64,000 nt of DNA from the human T2T-CHM13v2.0 reference genome, Homo sapiens. Of the stretch, positions 34,378 to 50,064 are shown piece by piece; positions within the stretch are counted from its first letter, which is position 1; every line of letters starts with the position of its first letter. The notes below the pieces were generated by a model, which worked only from the letters and a program-made list of their open reading frames with translations, did not search any database and was not told the DNA's origin. The stretch lies in NCBI RefSeq assembly GCF_009914755.1, contig NC_060941.1; one strand, 5' to 3'. The position numbers were made by a program, and so were the translations under genes.

Positions 34378-36588
34378 TGAAGGGGCATGCTTGCCCAACA
34401 TGTTAAGGCTGCAGGTGGCAGAGCATAGTTCTTTGTGGGTGAGGAGGGAGGGCGAGCTGAGCTGAGCTTTGCTTACCATCCTCGGTGGCACCTGCCAGGG
34501 CTGGGCCAGTCCTCCGTTCCCTTGAACCCACAGGACAATGACCCAGGGGTCCCGGACTCTCTACAAGGCCTGGCCTTCAGGCTCATGCCCAGCCTTCCTC
34601 AGAGGGCTGCGGGTCTGCATCAGGTTAACCACACGGCAGCCCCCACCTCTGCAGCCCCACCCGCTGTCTCCCTGACCCCTCTTCTGCCCTAAGGCAAGAG
34701 CAGGAGGCACTGCGTTGGCCTCAGTCCTGAGACCTCAAGGCTGAGAAAAGGTTAGCCCAGCAAAGAGCTGCAGGAAGGAGGAAGGGGTCCAGGCAGGGGG
34801 AACAGCACGTGCTGAGGCCGGGCATGGGGAGGAGTGTGGTGTTTGGGGAGCTGCTTGTGGTTGAGCCTGGCTGGAGCTCTTGGTGTGAAGGGGCCCTACG
34901 GGGCAGAGGGTGGAGGCCCGGTGGCTCCTATTGCATCTGTCCTGTGGCCTTGGCATGGGGTCACCCTCCTATCACACTCCCCTGGAGGCTACTGATGCCG
35001 TGGGCTCCACCAGTCTTATGGGTCAGTGCGGGGAGCCCTTTGCTGTCTGCATTCCGAGTCAAAGACTCAGGGATGAAGGGTCCTTGTAACTCATTCAGTA
35101 CCCCCCATCTCCCCACTCCCACCACAGCCCAGCGCCCAAACACACCGGTGAGCTCCAGCCACCACGCCCCTGCTCGGATGGCTCAGCCTGCTGGGCAGCC
35201 TCATTCACCCTTGACCACCTGGCACACTCCTATGCTGCCCTCAACACCCCACTCAGGTGTTGCCTCCTCCGACAAGCTTTCCACAGTGGTCCCCTGGCAT
35301 GGCCACCCTTGTGGGCCTCACCACGCTCCGTGATTATTGTCCAAGTGTGTCTCCCCAACGGGGTTGAATTGCTTGAGGACCTCAATGGGGCATCACCATC
35401 TTTGTGGCCCTTGAGCTGTGGGGTCCAACTCGATTGCCTTGGGACCCCCTGGGAGATTCGCAGGACCCATTCCCAGGGAGCCCAGGCTCCAGGCCCAGGG
35501 TGGGGCCCAGTATTCTGAGGCGGGAGTTCCGGCAGAGCTTTCACCAGCTCTGCGAATGTGGAAACGGAGGCCGAGAGGCGGCCTGAGCTGTCCAAGGTCA
35601 TACAGCAACTGGGAGGCAGGGCCAGGGCTCCCGGCTCCCTCTGGGGTTCTAGCTCAGGGCTCAAAGTCCACCCCTGTGTGGCCAGCGGGGAGACTGTTCC
35701 TACCGCACCTGGCTTCCAGCAGCCCCGGTGGTGACTGTGGCTCACGCCTTCCCACAGGGCCTTGGTAGGAAGGTCTTAGGACTCAGGAAGAGCCCATTTC
35801 ATGCTTTTGTCCTACCCTCCCCACTTTCACACCTGTGCAGGCTCACAGCCCCACCTACCTCGGGGCCTTTGCACTGTCCAGGGCCTCCTCCTGGAATATT
35901 CTGCCACCAAACCATCCCATGGGGGGCTCATCCTCACTGAAGGTCTCACTCGAGGCCAACTCCTAGGGAGGCCTGGGGAACCGTGGAAAGCAGCTGTGTT
36001 CAGGCCCTGCTCATTTCTGGTCTGCAAGCCTCCTTGGAGGCAGAGGCCTAGCCTGGTGCCTGGCTCATGCAGGGCAAGCACTCAATTCACGGAGGTGGAA
36101 GGGAGGCAGCCGTGGGGGAGACCACCGGGTGACAGGGCAGCTGGGTGGGAGGAGGAGGGAGGCCAGCCCGGCTCCTCCCTGCCTGTGCGGCTCCCACTCT
36201 GGGCCAGTGGCCTTGGAGACAGCAGCGTTTAGAGGGAGGAGGGAGGGCGAGCGGAGGGCCATCCATCAGCGGGGAACGTGTAGAGCCTCGTAAATCAGGG
36301 AGGCTGTCTGAGGCCCCTGTGCCAAGCATCTGCTGGCGTCTGGGAGCCTGGGAGGGCAGGCTGCTCCTCCGGGGAAAGGAGACAGCCACGCCTCGGGGCT
36401 CCCCTAGTTGAGGAGGGCGGGCAAGCCTCCCTCCGTCTCCCCAGGCACTTCAGTGTGTTATCCCAAATACCTAACAGCCCCCACCCCAACCTGCAAGGCA
36501 GGCCATAATTTTGTTTTAATTATTTTGAATTTTAATACACAAGACTGTAGAAAATAACATAACAAATCCCAAAACATATCCACTCTAA

Positions 36589-38898
<2,310 letters not shown>

Positions 38899-38964
38899 AG
38901 AACAAACTTTTAAATTCTTTTATGCTCAGCCTATATCCACAGATACTTACATATATACATGTGC

Positions 38965-39293
38965 AACACAGGATCTCTGAACACCAACTCTAGTCAGTTG
39001 AGTGTGTGCACAGTTCTGTGTGTGTAGGCTGTACACATGTGTGCACACACATGCATATGTGTACCTGAGACCACATGTGCGTTCACACACCATTCCAGAT
39101 GCACACCCACACAGGTGTACACACCCTAAAAGGCACACCCACACAGGCACATACAGGTGCACACCCACACAGGCACAGGTGTACACACACACAGCTGTAC
39201 ACACACACAGCTGTACACACACAGCTGTACACACACTCACACAGCTGTACACACACTGAAATGACTAGAATTGGTGTTCACAGATCCTGTGTT
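38965..39293. repeat. 49-bp inverted repeat enclosing a CA-rich low-complexity core
   Basis: 38965-39013 vs reverse complement of 39245-39293: 44/49 identical. Confidence 0.88.
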
Positions 39294-39955
39294 ACTCAGG
39301 GTGAGAATGTCAGTGTGTATGTGTGCTCATGCGTGTGTGTGTGTACATGTGTGTGTAGTGGGAGACAGGAGTTCAGTCTTCCAGGGTCCCCTGGTGGCCC
39401 ATCTGTCAGGGTCCAGATCTGAGAAATGCTCCATCAGGGGCAGACCCCTTCTCCGAAAGGCACTCTCAGCCAGGAGGGCCCCATGCCCCACCACCCTCTC
39501 TTTATGCTACCAAGTGCTTGCTGAGGTCCTTAGATAAAGTTTCAGGACCTGGAAGACGGAGCTAGGCATGATCTCTGGGGACTTCCTGGCCCCGTGTGGC
39601 CACGTCGAATCCGCTGCTTCTCTTTTCACTGGTCTGGTGCTTCCATCCCCAAAGCTCCTTTCTGCCCCCCGACTCCTCTGAGTCTACACAGACCTGCAAG
39701 GGCCTGTAGGAACCACACCTAACAAGCAACCACAAGCAGCAGCCAGTGAGCAGACACGACAGCCAGACAGGGGGACTCACCACAGGTCCACGAGCAGGTC
39801 TACTGCCATTTTACAGATGGGGAAACTGAGGCACAGCAGCCTTCTGCAGGGCCCCGTGGCTAGAGATGGACTCCAGATTCACACCCAGGCTGTATGTCTG
39901 CACAACTTGGACTGCACAACCCAGCACAGAGAACACTCGACCCCCGCTCACGCAA

Positions 39956-41292
39956 CACAGCAGGATCCCGAGCTTGGAACCCAGGTGTTCACAAAGGGGT
40001 CCCGACTCTGGAACCCAGGCCTCCACAGCAGGATCCCGACCCTGGAACCCAGGCGTCCACAGCAGGATCCCGAGCTTGGAACCCAGGCGTTCACAGCAGG
40101 ATCCCGACCCTGGAACCCAGGCGTCCACAGCAGGATCCCGAGTTTGGAACCCAGGTGTTCACAGCAGGATCCCGAGCTTGGAACCCAGGTGTTCACAGCA
40201 GGATCCCGAGCTTGGAACCCAGGTGTTCACAGCAGGATCCTGACCCTGGAACCCAGGCGTTCACAGCAGAATCCCGAGTTTGGAACCCAGGCGTCCACAG
40301 CAGGATCCCGAGTTTGGAACCCAGGCGTCCACAGCAGGATCCCGACCCTGGAACCCAGGCGTTCACAGCAGGATCCCGAGTTTGGAACCCGGGCGTCCAC
40401 AGCAGGATCCCGAGTTTGGAACCCGGGCGTCCACAGCAGGATCCCGACCCTGGAACCCAGGCGTTCACAGCAGGATCCCGAGTTTGGAACCCGGGCGTCC
40501 ACAGCAGGATCCCGACCCTGGAACCCAGGCGTTCACAGCAGGATCCCGAGTTTGGAACCCAGGCGTCCACAGCAGGATCCCGACCCTGGAACCCAGGCGT
40601 TCACAGCAGGATCCCGAGTTTGGAACCCGGGCGTCCACAGCAGGATCCCGACCCTGGAACCCAGGCGTTCACAGCAGGATCCCGAGTTTGGAACCCGGGC
40701 CTGGAACCCAGGCGTTCACAGCAGGATCCCGAGTTTGGAACCCGGGCGTCCACAGCAGGTTCCCGAGCTTGGAACCCAGGCATCCACAGCAGGATCCCGA
40801 CCCTGGAACCCGGGCGTCCACAGCAGGATCCCGAGCTTGGAACCCGGGTGTCCACAGCAGGATCCTGAGCTTGGAACCCGGGCGTCCACAGCAGGATCCC
40901 GACCCTGGAACCCGGGCGTCCACAGCAGGATCCCGACCCTGGAACCCGGGCGTCCACAGCAGGATCCCGACCCTGGAACCCGGGCGTCCACAGCAGGATC
41001 CCGAGCCTGGAACCCAGGCGTTCACAGCAGGATCCCGAGTTTGGAACCCGGGCGTCCACAGCAGGATCCCGAGCTTGGAACCCAGGCGTTCACAGCAGGA
41101 TCCCGACCCTGGAACCCAGGCGTCCACAGCAGGATCCCGAGTTTGGAACCCAGGTGTCCACAGCAGGATCCCGAGCTTGGAACCCAGGCGTTCACAGCAG
41201 GATCCCGACCCTGGAACCCGGGCGTCCACAGCAGGATCCCGACCCTGGAACCCGGGCGTCCACAGCAGGATCCCAAGCTTGGAACCCAGGCA
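39956..41292. repeat. 34-bp VNTR, ~39 copies
   Basis: Unit cacagcaggatcccga(gct/gtt/ccc)tggaaccc(a/g)ggcgt(t/c). Confidence 0.98.
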
Positions 41293-44024
41293 TTCTAGTA
41301 TCCAGCCTCCAAGTCTTGGTCCTACCCTGGTGGTTTACAGAAGCCGAGAAGCTGACAGCTTTACTCACCCATGACAAAATAAGAAAAGCACAGGGCAATG
41401 TAGGAAGTTTTTCATAAAGTTAAATCCCTTTAATTTAAAAAAAAACAGCTTTTTTGGTTGACTTTTCCCCTCTCTTTTCTAAAATAAGGGTGATCTTATC
41501 CAATGGTTCTTATTTTATATTCTTAATTTAGCAAGATAAAAATGTGAGCAGCTGCACGCCAGCCCCCAAACTCTAGGGGAGGTTTTTCTGGTTCAGACTG
41601 TCTCAGGTTCGAGCCTCCTTAGGGCACCCCCTTTCCGTCCACCTTAGCCTGGAACTGAGACTTCTTTTTCTTTTGTATCTGTCCTTCTCAGATCTCATAT
41701 TTGTATTTTCCAAAACAATCTAGTTGAAGAAATCCTATTTGGTATGTTTGAAATCTTTATGCTCCCAGCTCAAACTCTGGATTAACAACAAAACAGAGGA
41801 AAACTCTTTTTCTTATTCAGCAGTCAAACTTCAAGGCAACTTCAGCCCTGGGAACTCAGCCAGTTGCTGGGAAGTAAAGGAATCAAAGGCTTCTAAACAG
41901 TAAAAAATGTCTTTAGAGCTCGGCTCAGAGGGAGCTTTGGCCTTCCTGCAAATTAAGAATAATGATTTGGTGAGCTTGTTTATCTCCCCTCCACCAGCAA
42001 GGCTTGGTCTCCCCAGGGGTAACCGGCTGCAGATTCAAGAGGAAGCTGGGAGGGCTGTCTGGGGCTGGAGAAGGAGGCAGCTCCAACACGCCGCGGTCAG
42101 GCAGTGTGGGGACAAAGAGGTCTCCTTACTTCCACAGCACCGAGTCATCGAAGTTTACAAGACACTTCTACGTTGATCTGGAAAAAGGAGGTGCTCCTAG
42201 TACATCTTAGAAAGATTTCCATAAAACGGGCTAAAAAGCAATCATAAAACCACAACATAACACAAATAGGCAAGGGAAAGGATAAACTTCCATCACCTGG
42301 AAGCCTCAGAGACAGGAGAGGGTACACAGGTGAGAGCCTTGGCTGGGTGGGAGGTAGGAGTCAGACCGGACCCTCTGCAGAATTAGCAGTGGTGTGCGCT
42401 CACCTCTGGAGCTGCTCCTCTGAGATGGGCCTGGCCCCCTAGATAATTGGAGGGTCCTGCATCTCATGGCAGTTTCCACCACGCCCTGCTGCAGCTCGCA
42501 CCCAGAGCCCTCTGATCACGGGAGTGGGCAGCTGCCATTTACTGCTGCACCATTCTGACCATGTGCCCCACGTTATTTCATGTAGCCCTCACTACTGCTG
42601 TGTCCAGGAGGCTCAGAGAGGTCAAGTTACTTACCTAAGGTCACACAGCTGGTATGTGCCAGAGCTGGGAAGAGAACGTGCACTTGTATGACTCCGGGAT
42701 GTTGGCTTTCTGCCTTGACGCCCCAGCCTCTTCAGCTGTGGCTGGTGGCAGGTCCTGGGCCTCTAGCGAGGACGTGCCTGGCTGTGGGCCCAGCCTGGGA
42801 TTGACCTCACACCCTCTCTCACACCTGGGGCTTCACTGACAGCGGCGGGCACAGTGCCTTCCTTTCTCTTTCCCTAGACACCAGCTCTGACCCTCCAATT
42901 TCCACCATGATCACAGTGTTCTCAGAGTCAGGCAGCATATGAGGAAAATTGCCCTTTCCCTGGAATAATTTACCATCTTGTAATTTCCGTTACCTGACCC
43001 TGTTGGAGCCTATTCCGTGCTGAGCTGTTTGAATTTCCAGCTTGGAAATCCCCAGGCTGGGCGGGAAATGCTGTTTCCTGAGGGAGGAGCAGACGAGGGA
43101 GGTGCTGCCTGCAGGCTTGGCGGAGGGTCAGGGGGTGTTTGGGACAGGGACACAGTGGGGAGGGGGCTGAGAACAGCAACCAGGCAGCATTTGTGATTCT
43201 TCTGAATCCAGAGGGGCTTGTGTGATGAAATTCCACAGGGCTCTGCCAGGCTGATACGTGGGAAGGGTGGCAGAGGGCTACTGCGACCTACAGGCAGGGG
43301 GTGGTCCTAGGCAGGCAAAGGCATTGGTAGGAATGCAGAGAGGGCTACAGAAAGCAAGGGGACTCCTGGGCCAGGCCCTGGACCGGGGCACAGAGTAAGG
43401 CTGTTGAGGGTGTTGATTTCAGTTTTTGACAAGTCGAGGATCCTCCGGATACCACGTGACAACACACAGCTTAAGAGCACGGGCCTTGGGCTCAAATCCT
43501 CGCTCTGTCACTCGCTGGCAGTGTGGTCCTGTGCAAGTTGACGGACTTCTCTCAGCCTCAGTTTCCTCCTCTGTGAAGTGGAGGGAATGGTGTCCACCCC
43601 CCATTATTCCTTTAATGTGAGCGCTAACTCAGGGCAAGTGTGTAAAGACCCAGTCTGGCCTCCAGCTGGGGTCCATCTGACCCAGGTGGTGGCTGTTTAC
43701 AGGGATCAACTCTCCCCAGTTTGCTGGGAGCTTTCCTGGTTTTAGCCCTGAAAGTCCCGCATCTTGTGAAACCCGTTGGTCCTGGAAAACCTGGATGGTT
43801 GCTCACTCTGCCTGTGGTCTCCCGCTCCTCATTGCACTAAAAGTGCCAGGTCATGTCTGTGTCCTGGGGAAGGCCGAAGCCCTTGCTAAGGTTTCTGTAA
43901 TATCACTTGTGGCTCTGAGGCCTGCTTTGGCTGAGTTAATTCGGTGTTGAGGTCGGTACGTGTGCTTGCACACGTTTCTGAACCGCAGAGACTCAGATGT
44001 GACATTCAGCCCCCATTCCCCCCA

Positions 44025-44856
44025 GATCCATAGGCACAAAGCACCTGGGTGTCAGAGACACCGCAGACGTCTGGGGTGGGATGGGGGCGCTGAGATCACC
44101 GTAGTGCAATCCACAGGCACAAGGCACCTGGGTGTGGGAGACACCGCAGACGTCTGGGGTGGGATGGGGGCGCTGAGATCACCGTAGTGCAATCCACAGG
44201 CACAAGGCACCTGGGTGTGGGAGACACCGCAGACGTCTGGGGTGGGATGGGGGCGCTGAGATCACCGTAGTGCAATCCACAGGCACAAGGCACCTGGGTG
44301 TGGGAGACACCGCAGACGTCTGGGGTGGGATGGGGGCGCTGAGATCACCGTAGTGCAATCCACAGGCACAAGGCACCTGGGTGTGGGAGACACCGCAGAC
44401 GTCTGGGGTGGGATGGGGGCGCTGAGATCACCGTAGTGCAATCCACAGGCACAAGGCACCTGGGTGTGGGAGACACCGCAGACGTCTGGGGTGGGATGGG
44501 GGCGCTGAGATCACCGTAGTGCAATCCACAGGCACAAGGCACCTGGGTGTGGGAGACACCGCAGACGTTTGGGGTGGGATGGGGGCGCTGAGATCACCGT
44601 AGTGCAATCCACAGGCACAAAGCACCTGGGTGTGGGAGACACCGCAGACGTCTGGGGTGGGATGGGGGCGCTGAGATCACCGTAGTGCAATCCACAGGCA
44701 CAAGGCACCTGGGTGTGGGAGACACCGCAGACGTTTGGGGTGGGATGGGGGCGCTGAGATCACCGTAGTGCAATCCACAGGCACAAGGCACCTGGGTGTG
44801 GGAGACACCGCAGACGTCTGGGGTGGGATGGGGGCGCTGAGATCACCGTAGTGCAA
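44025..44856. repeat. 83-bp VNTR, 10 near-identical copies
   Basis: Unit atccacaggcacaaggcacctgggtgtgggagacaccgcagacgtctggggtgggatgggggcgctgagatcaccgtagtgca; ORFs recur every 83 nt. Confidence 0.98.
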
Positions 44857-45244
44857 ACAGCATCAAATGGAACATGACACACAACTCCTTTGGCCGCCCC
44901 CTGAAAGTGTGGGGGATGCAGGGGTGGAAGGGAGCTTCACTCAGGGACCTCCTGCCTCAACCCCTCACTCTGACCTCTGCTCTTTCCTCTAAATTTTGTT
45001 CGTTTCTAACGTCTCTTTTGTGGCCTTGGCCCCGGGTTGAAATGTGCCCTTTAAAAGCATTTTTCCTAAACGAAGACAATTCCTCTCCAAGAGGAGCTGT
45101 TCCCTCCCCAGCTGTTCAGAAAATCCAGGTGTGTTTCCACCTGCAACAATGCCGAGCTGTCAGCTTAGACTTGGAAGGCGCTAAGAGCTGGGGAAGGCCA
45201 CATTTGGGGTCTGGTTCCAGGCCTTGCGGGTCACCATCCCTGGC

Positions 45245-45645
45245 TGTATTAGTCCTTTCCTGCACTGCTATAAAGTACCCAAGGCTGGGTAATTGATAAA
45301 GAAAAGCAAAGTAATGGGCTCACGGTTCCTCAGGCTGTACAGGAAGCTTGATGCTGGCATGTGCTCAGCTTCTGAGGAGGCCTCAAGAAACTTACAATCA
45401 TGGCAGAAGGCTAAGGGGGAGCAGGCATGCCACACGGCCAGCGCAGCAGCAAGAGAGTGAGGCGGGAGGTGCTACCCACTTGTAAATGGCCGAGCTCGTG
45501 AGGACTCACCAAGGCGGATGGTGCTCAACCAGTCATGGGAAAACCGCCCCCGTGATCTAGTCGCTTCCCACCAGGCGCCACCTCCAACGCTGAGGGTTAC
45601 AATTCGACATGACACGCCGGGGGGACACAGATCCAAACCACGTCA
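45245..45645 (-). mobile_element. MST-family (MaLR) solo LTR
   Basis: 'tgtattagtcc...cttacaatcatggcagaagg...ggggacacagatccaaaccacgtca'. Confidence 0.85.
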
Positions 45646-46008
45646 TCAGCTCTTTCAGAGGGAGATGGCTCTGGACCCCACTTTAGAGTCTGGCTGATTT
45701 GCTCTCCCAGGTGCGCCTGGCACAGCTCTCAGGTTCTGCAGGAGCCGCTGGGCTTGGACGAAGGGCCCTCCCGCAGTGTGAGGAGCCTGGCGACCTGGCC
45801 CGGTCTCACCCCACAGCCTAGGGCAGAGATGCCACAAAGTCACAGACTTTCAGGGCCAAGAGACCCTGGAGTGCGTCTGACTCGGCCTCGTGTTTCACAG
45901 GGAATCTGAGGCCCGCACTGGCCAAGTGACCTGTCTGTACTTACACACTCTGGAGGCAGCAGAGTGGAGGAGAGTGGTGCTATGGCCTGAGTGATTTATT
46001 TTAGAATA

Positions 46009-46581
46009 CAGTCATGCATTGTATAACGAAGTTTGTCAATGACAGGCTGTATATCCAGCGGTGGTCCCATAAGACTACAAAGCAGCTGAAAATTCCCGTT
46101 GCCTAGTGAGGTTGCGGCGTGTAATGTCACAGTGCAACACGTTATCACTCGTTTGTGGTGACGCTGGTGTGAACACACCTATTACACTGCCAGTCACATA
46201 CGAGTGGACAGTAATGCCCTGGGCCCTCACACTCACCACACACTGACTCTCCCACAGCGACTCCAGTCCCGCAAGCTCCATTCACGGGAAGTGCTCTATA
46301 CACCTGTGTCATTTTAAAACATCTTTTATACCGTATTTTTACTGTACCCTTTCTATAATTAGCTACACACATAATTCCACGGTGTCGCAGTTGCTACATG
46401 CTGCACAGGTTTGTAGCCCAGGAGCCCAGGCTCTCCCACATAGCCTAGGTGTGCTGTAGGTTCTGCCACTTAGATTTACGTCCGTGCTCTCTATGATGTC
46501 TGCACAATGATGAAATTGCCTGACAACACATCTCTTGGAAGTATCCCTGTCGTATCCTGGTTGTTAGGTGACACATGCCTG
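46009..46581. mobile_element. Tigger3/MER7-like TcMar DNA transposon
   Basis: TA-flanked termini ta|cagtcatgc ... catgcctg|ta; internal 'ggtggtcccataagact'. Confidence 0.75.
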
Positions 46582-46700
46582 TACTTCTGTGTGAATGAGT
46601 TTGAGTAAGATCTCATCTGCACACACATTAAGGGCTGGCTAGCCTTATTAGCATAAGGAATGTGGCAGTGGGTTTTCTTTCATTTATTTACTGTTTTTGA

Positions 46701-46862
<162 letters not shown>

Positions 46863-47139
46863 TGAGGCGGGCTGGGGCACACAGACCAGGGCTCCCCACG
46901 AGGGCCTCTGAGGCACACAGACCAGGGCTCCACACAAGGGCCCTCTGAGGTACGCAGACCAGGCTGAGGCACAGAGACCAGGGCTCAAGAGCTGCTCTGC
47001 CCAGGATTCCTGTGGCTGCTGTGAACTGAGTGCTCCTGGCCGAGGACCCACAGCTTCTGGGAAGTGTAGGTTGGGGCTCCTGATCTGCTGGCCCCTCCCT
47101 AGGGATGCAGAGCACACAGGCCCTGGGCCTGGAGTGTTT

Positions 47140-47650
47140 CCATCCATCCACACATCCTTCTTCCCATCAGGACACTGGTCCATCCTCTGTTCATCTGTCC
47201 ATCCTCTCAGATGTCCTTCAGCACATTGGTCCATGCAGAATATCTATGCACCTGTCTCTCCATCCATCTGTCCAATGCTCCATCAGTCTGTCCATCATCC
47301 ATCCTCCCATCTGTCCTCCACCCACCCACCCCCACCATCCCCCACCCAATCATCATCCATCCAACTACCCCCTATGCCCCCACTCACCCTTCCCCCACCC
47401 AGCCATCCGTTAACCCCTCCCCCACCCATCCTTCCCCCACCCATTCCCCACTCAACTATCGCCCTACCCATCCCCCACTCCTCCACCCACTCACCCATCC
47501 ATCTCCTCACCCATCCCTCACTCATCCAGACCTCCATCCATCTCCTCACTCACCTGCCATCCACCCATCCCCCAACCATCCTCACCCCTCCACCACCCAC
47601 TGACCCATCCCCTACCCCTCCATCTACCCATGCATCCATGCATCCATTGA
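47140..47650. repeat. (CCAT/CCCA)-rich low-complexity tract
   Basis: Degenerate CCAT repeats with strong C skew. Confidence 0.9.
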
Positions 47651-48519
47651 TCCAGCAATATTTCTTGACAGCTAACTAGGGACCCAAAGGTGAATAAGCC
47701 TTGACTTCTGCCTTCAGGAGCCGGGCTCTAGGGAACCCAGCCTTGCCATGCCACGTCTGGAAGCAGAGCCTGGGAAGAAGGTGCAGCGACTGATCTGGGC
47801 AGGCCCCTGCTGTGGGGGCAGGGATGACAGGGCCCAGCTTTTGGTTCCCTTTTCCCCATGAAAGAGCCTGGGCAAAGGTGGAGGCGATGGCAGTCGGGAA
47901 GGAGGGAGCAGGGAGGGAGAAGCTTCATTTGTCAGCTGCTCAGCAGGTACAGTCAGACTTAAAATGTCTCCAAAGAGCAGCCGCTGAGAGGCAGGGGGTG
48001 AGCACGCTGAATTATTTTCTGGTAATTGGCACTGAAGAAGCTGCAGACATCCTGAGGTCTGCATCAAAGGCTCAGAGCTTCGGCCGTCTTGGTGGAGACT
48101 GGGGGCACCTCGTCGGGGGCTCCTAAGGATCTCTGAGCTCCTGCCTCCTCCTCCTCCTGCCTGCCTGCTCTCCTCGGTACTGTGGGGTGAGGAGAGGCAC
48201 ACTCTGCTTTGCTTTCTGCACAAGACAGCCCCGGGGTGGGGCCGGGCGCTGCGGGTCAGAGCCCTGACCGTTTGCAGAGGAAAGGAAAGGGACAGGAAAC
48301 TGGAGCATCAAGGCCCTGCTTTGCAGGGGACACCAGGACTTAGCCATGGCAGGGGCTCTGCCAATGCTCTTCACACATGGCCTGGCGAGGTCCTTCTCCT
48401 CACATACTCCGGGCAATGCCAGTGCCAGGTTTTCCTTTGGTCTCATCCCTCCCCTGTGCAGAAGAGCATTTGCTGGCACTTGGATGAGCAATTTAAAGGC
48501 ACTGGTCCTCCACATATAT

Positions 48520-48833
<314 letters not shown>

Positions 48834-49271
48834 TGAACCTTTCTGTGTTTGTACATACTAGTGTATGCACACGTGTGTGTGCGTCTGTGTGCCGTCCATC
48901 TCCCCTGGCGAGGGCCCCTTCTGCCTAGTACCTCCAACAGCTGGACCCTCCAGCTGGTCACCTTATGTAGGAGGCTTCTCTCCCCCATGGGCGGAGTGCA
49001 GGGCAGGGTGGCCTGGGGTGGAGGCTGCAGGCAGGCCAGTTCCCCATCCAGCCTCAGCCTCCTTCCTGCTGGGGAACCAATCATAGGGGAGGAAACTGAG
49101 CTTTTTCCTTACAGCCACCTCAGGCTCATTGGCTGGGCCCCCTGTTAAAAAAAAAATACAAAAAAGGGGGGGGCAGATTAACCAGAGAAAAGTCTGAGCA
49201 TGTATTTAGCATGTGTTACGTCACACGGAAGCTCCATGAAGAAGTGAACACCTGAAGGCACCACAGAACCC

Positions 49272-50064
49272 GAGTGTTTCTTACGGCAGGCAGCTCGATG
49301 GGGAAACGTGATTGGGTGAGTGTTTCTTACGGCAGCTGGAGGAAGGTAGAAGGTGGCGGGGAAACGTTATTGGACGAATGTTTCCTACGGCAGCTCGATG
49401 GGGAAACGTGATTGGGCGAGTGTTTCTTATGGCACCTCGATGGGGAAACGTGATTGGGTGAGTGTTTCTTACGGCACCTCGATGGGGAAACGTGATTGGA
49501 CGAATGTTTCCTACGGCAGCTCGATGAGGAAACGTGATTGGGCGAGTGTTTCTCACGGCACCTCGATGGGGAAACATGATTGGGCGAGTGTTTCTTACGG
49601 CAGCTCGATGGGGAAACGTGATTGGGTGAGTGTTTCTTATGGCAGCTCGATGGGGAAACGTGATTGGGCGAGTGTTTCTTATGGCACCTCAATGGGGAAA
49701 CGTGATTGGGCGAGTGTTTCTTACGGCACCTTGATGGGGAAACATGATTGGGCGAGTGTTTCTTACGGCAGCTCGATGGGGAAACGTGATTGGGTGAGTG
49801 TTTCTTACGGCAGCTCCATGGGGAAACGTGATTGGGCGAGTGTTTCTTACAGCACCTCGATGGGGAAACGTGATTGGGTGAGTGTTTCTTACGGCAGCTC
49901 CATGGGGAAACGTGATTAGACGAATATTTCCTACGGAAGCTCGATGAGGAAACGTGATTGGGCGAGTGTTTCTTATGGCACCTCGATGGGGAAACATGAT
50001 TGGGCGAGTGTTTCTTACGGCAGCTCGAGGAAGGTAGAAGGTGGTGGGGAAACGTGATTGGGCG
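49272..50064. repeat. 42-bp VNTR, ~18 copies
   Basis: Unit gagtgtttcttacggcagctcgatggggaaacgtgattgggc. Confidence 0.97.

Noticed and set aside
32712-34491. 564-aa proline-rich, extensin-like ORF and its antisense ORFs
   Set aside because: Direct translation of the 27/28-bp VNTR; frame shifts follow unit length; non-ATG start.
39817-41374. 493-, 364- and 324-aa repetitive ORFs
   Set aside because: Product of a stop-free 34-bp VNTR, open in all frames.
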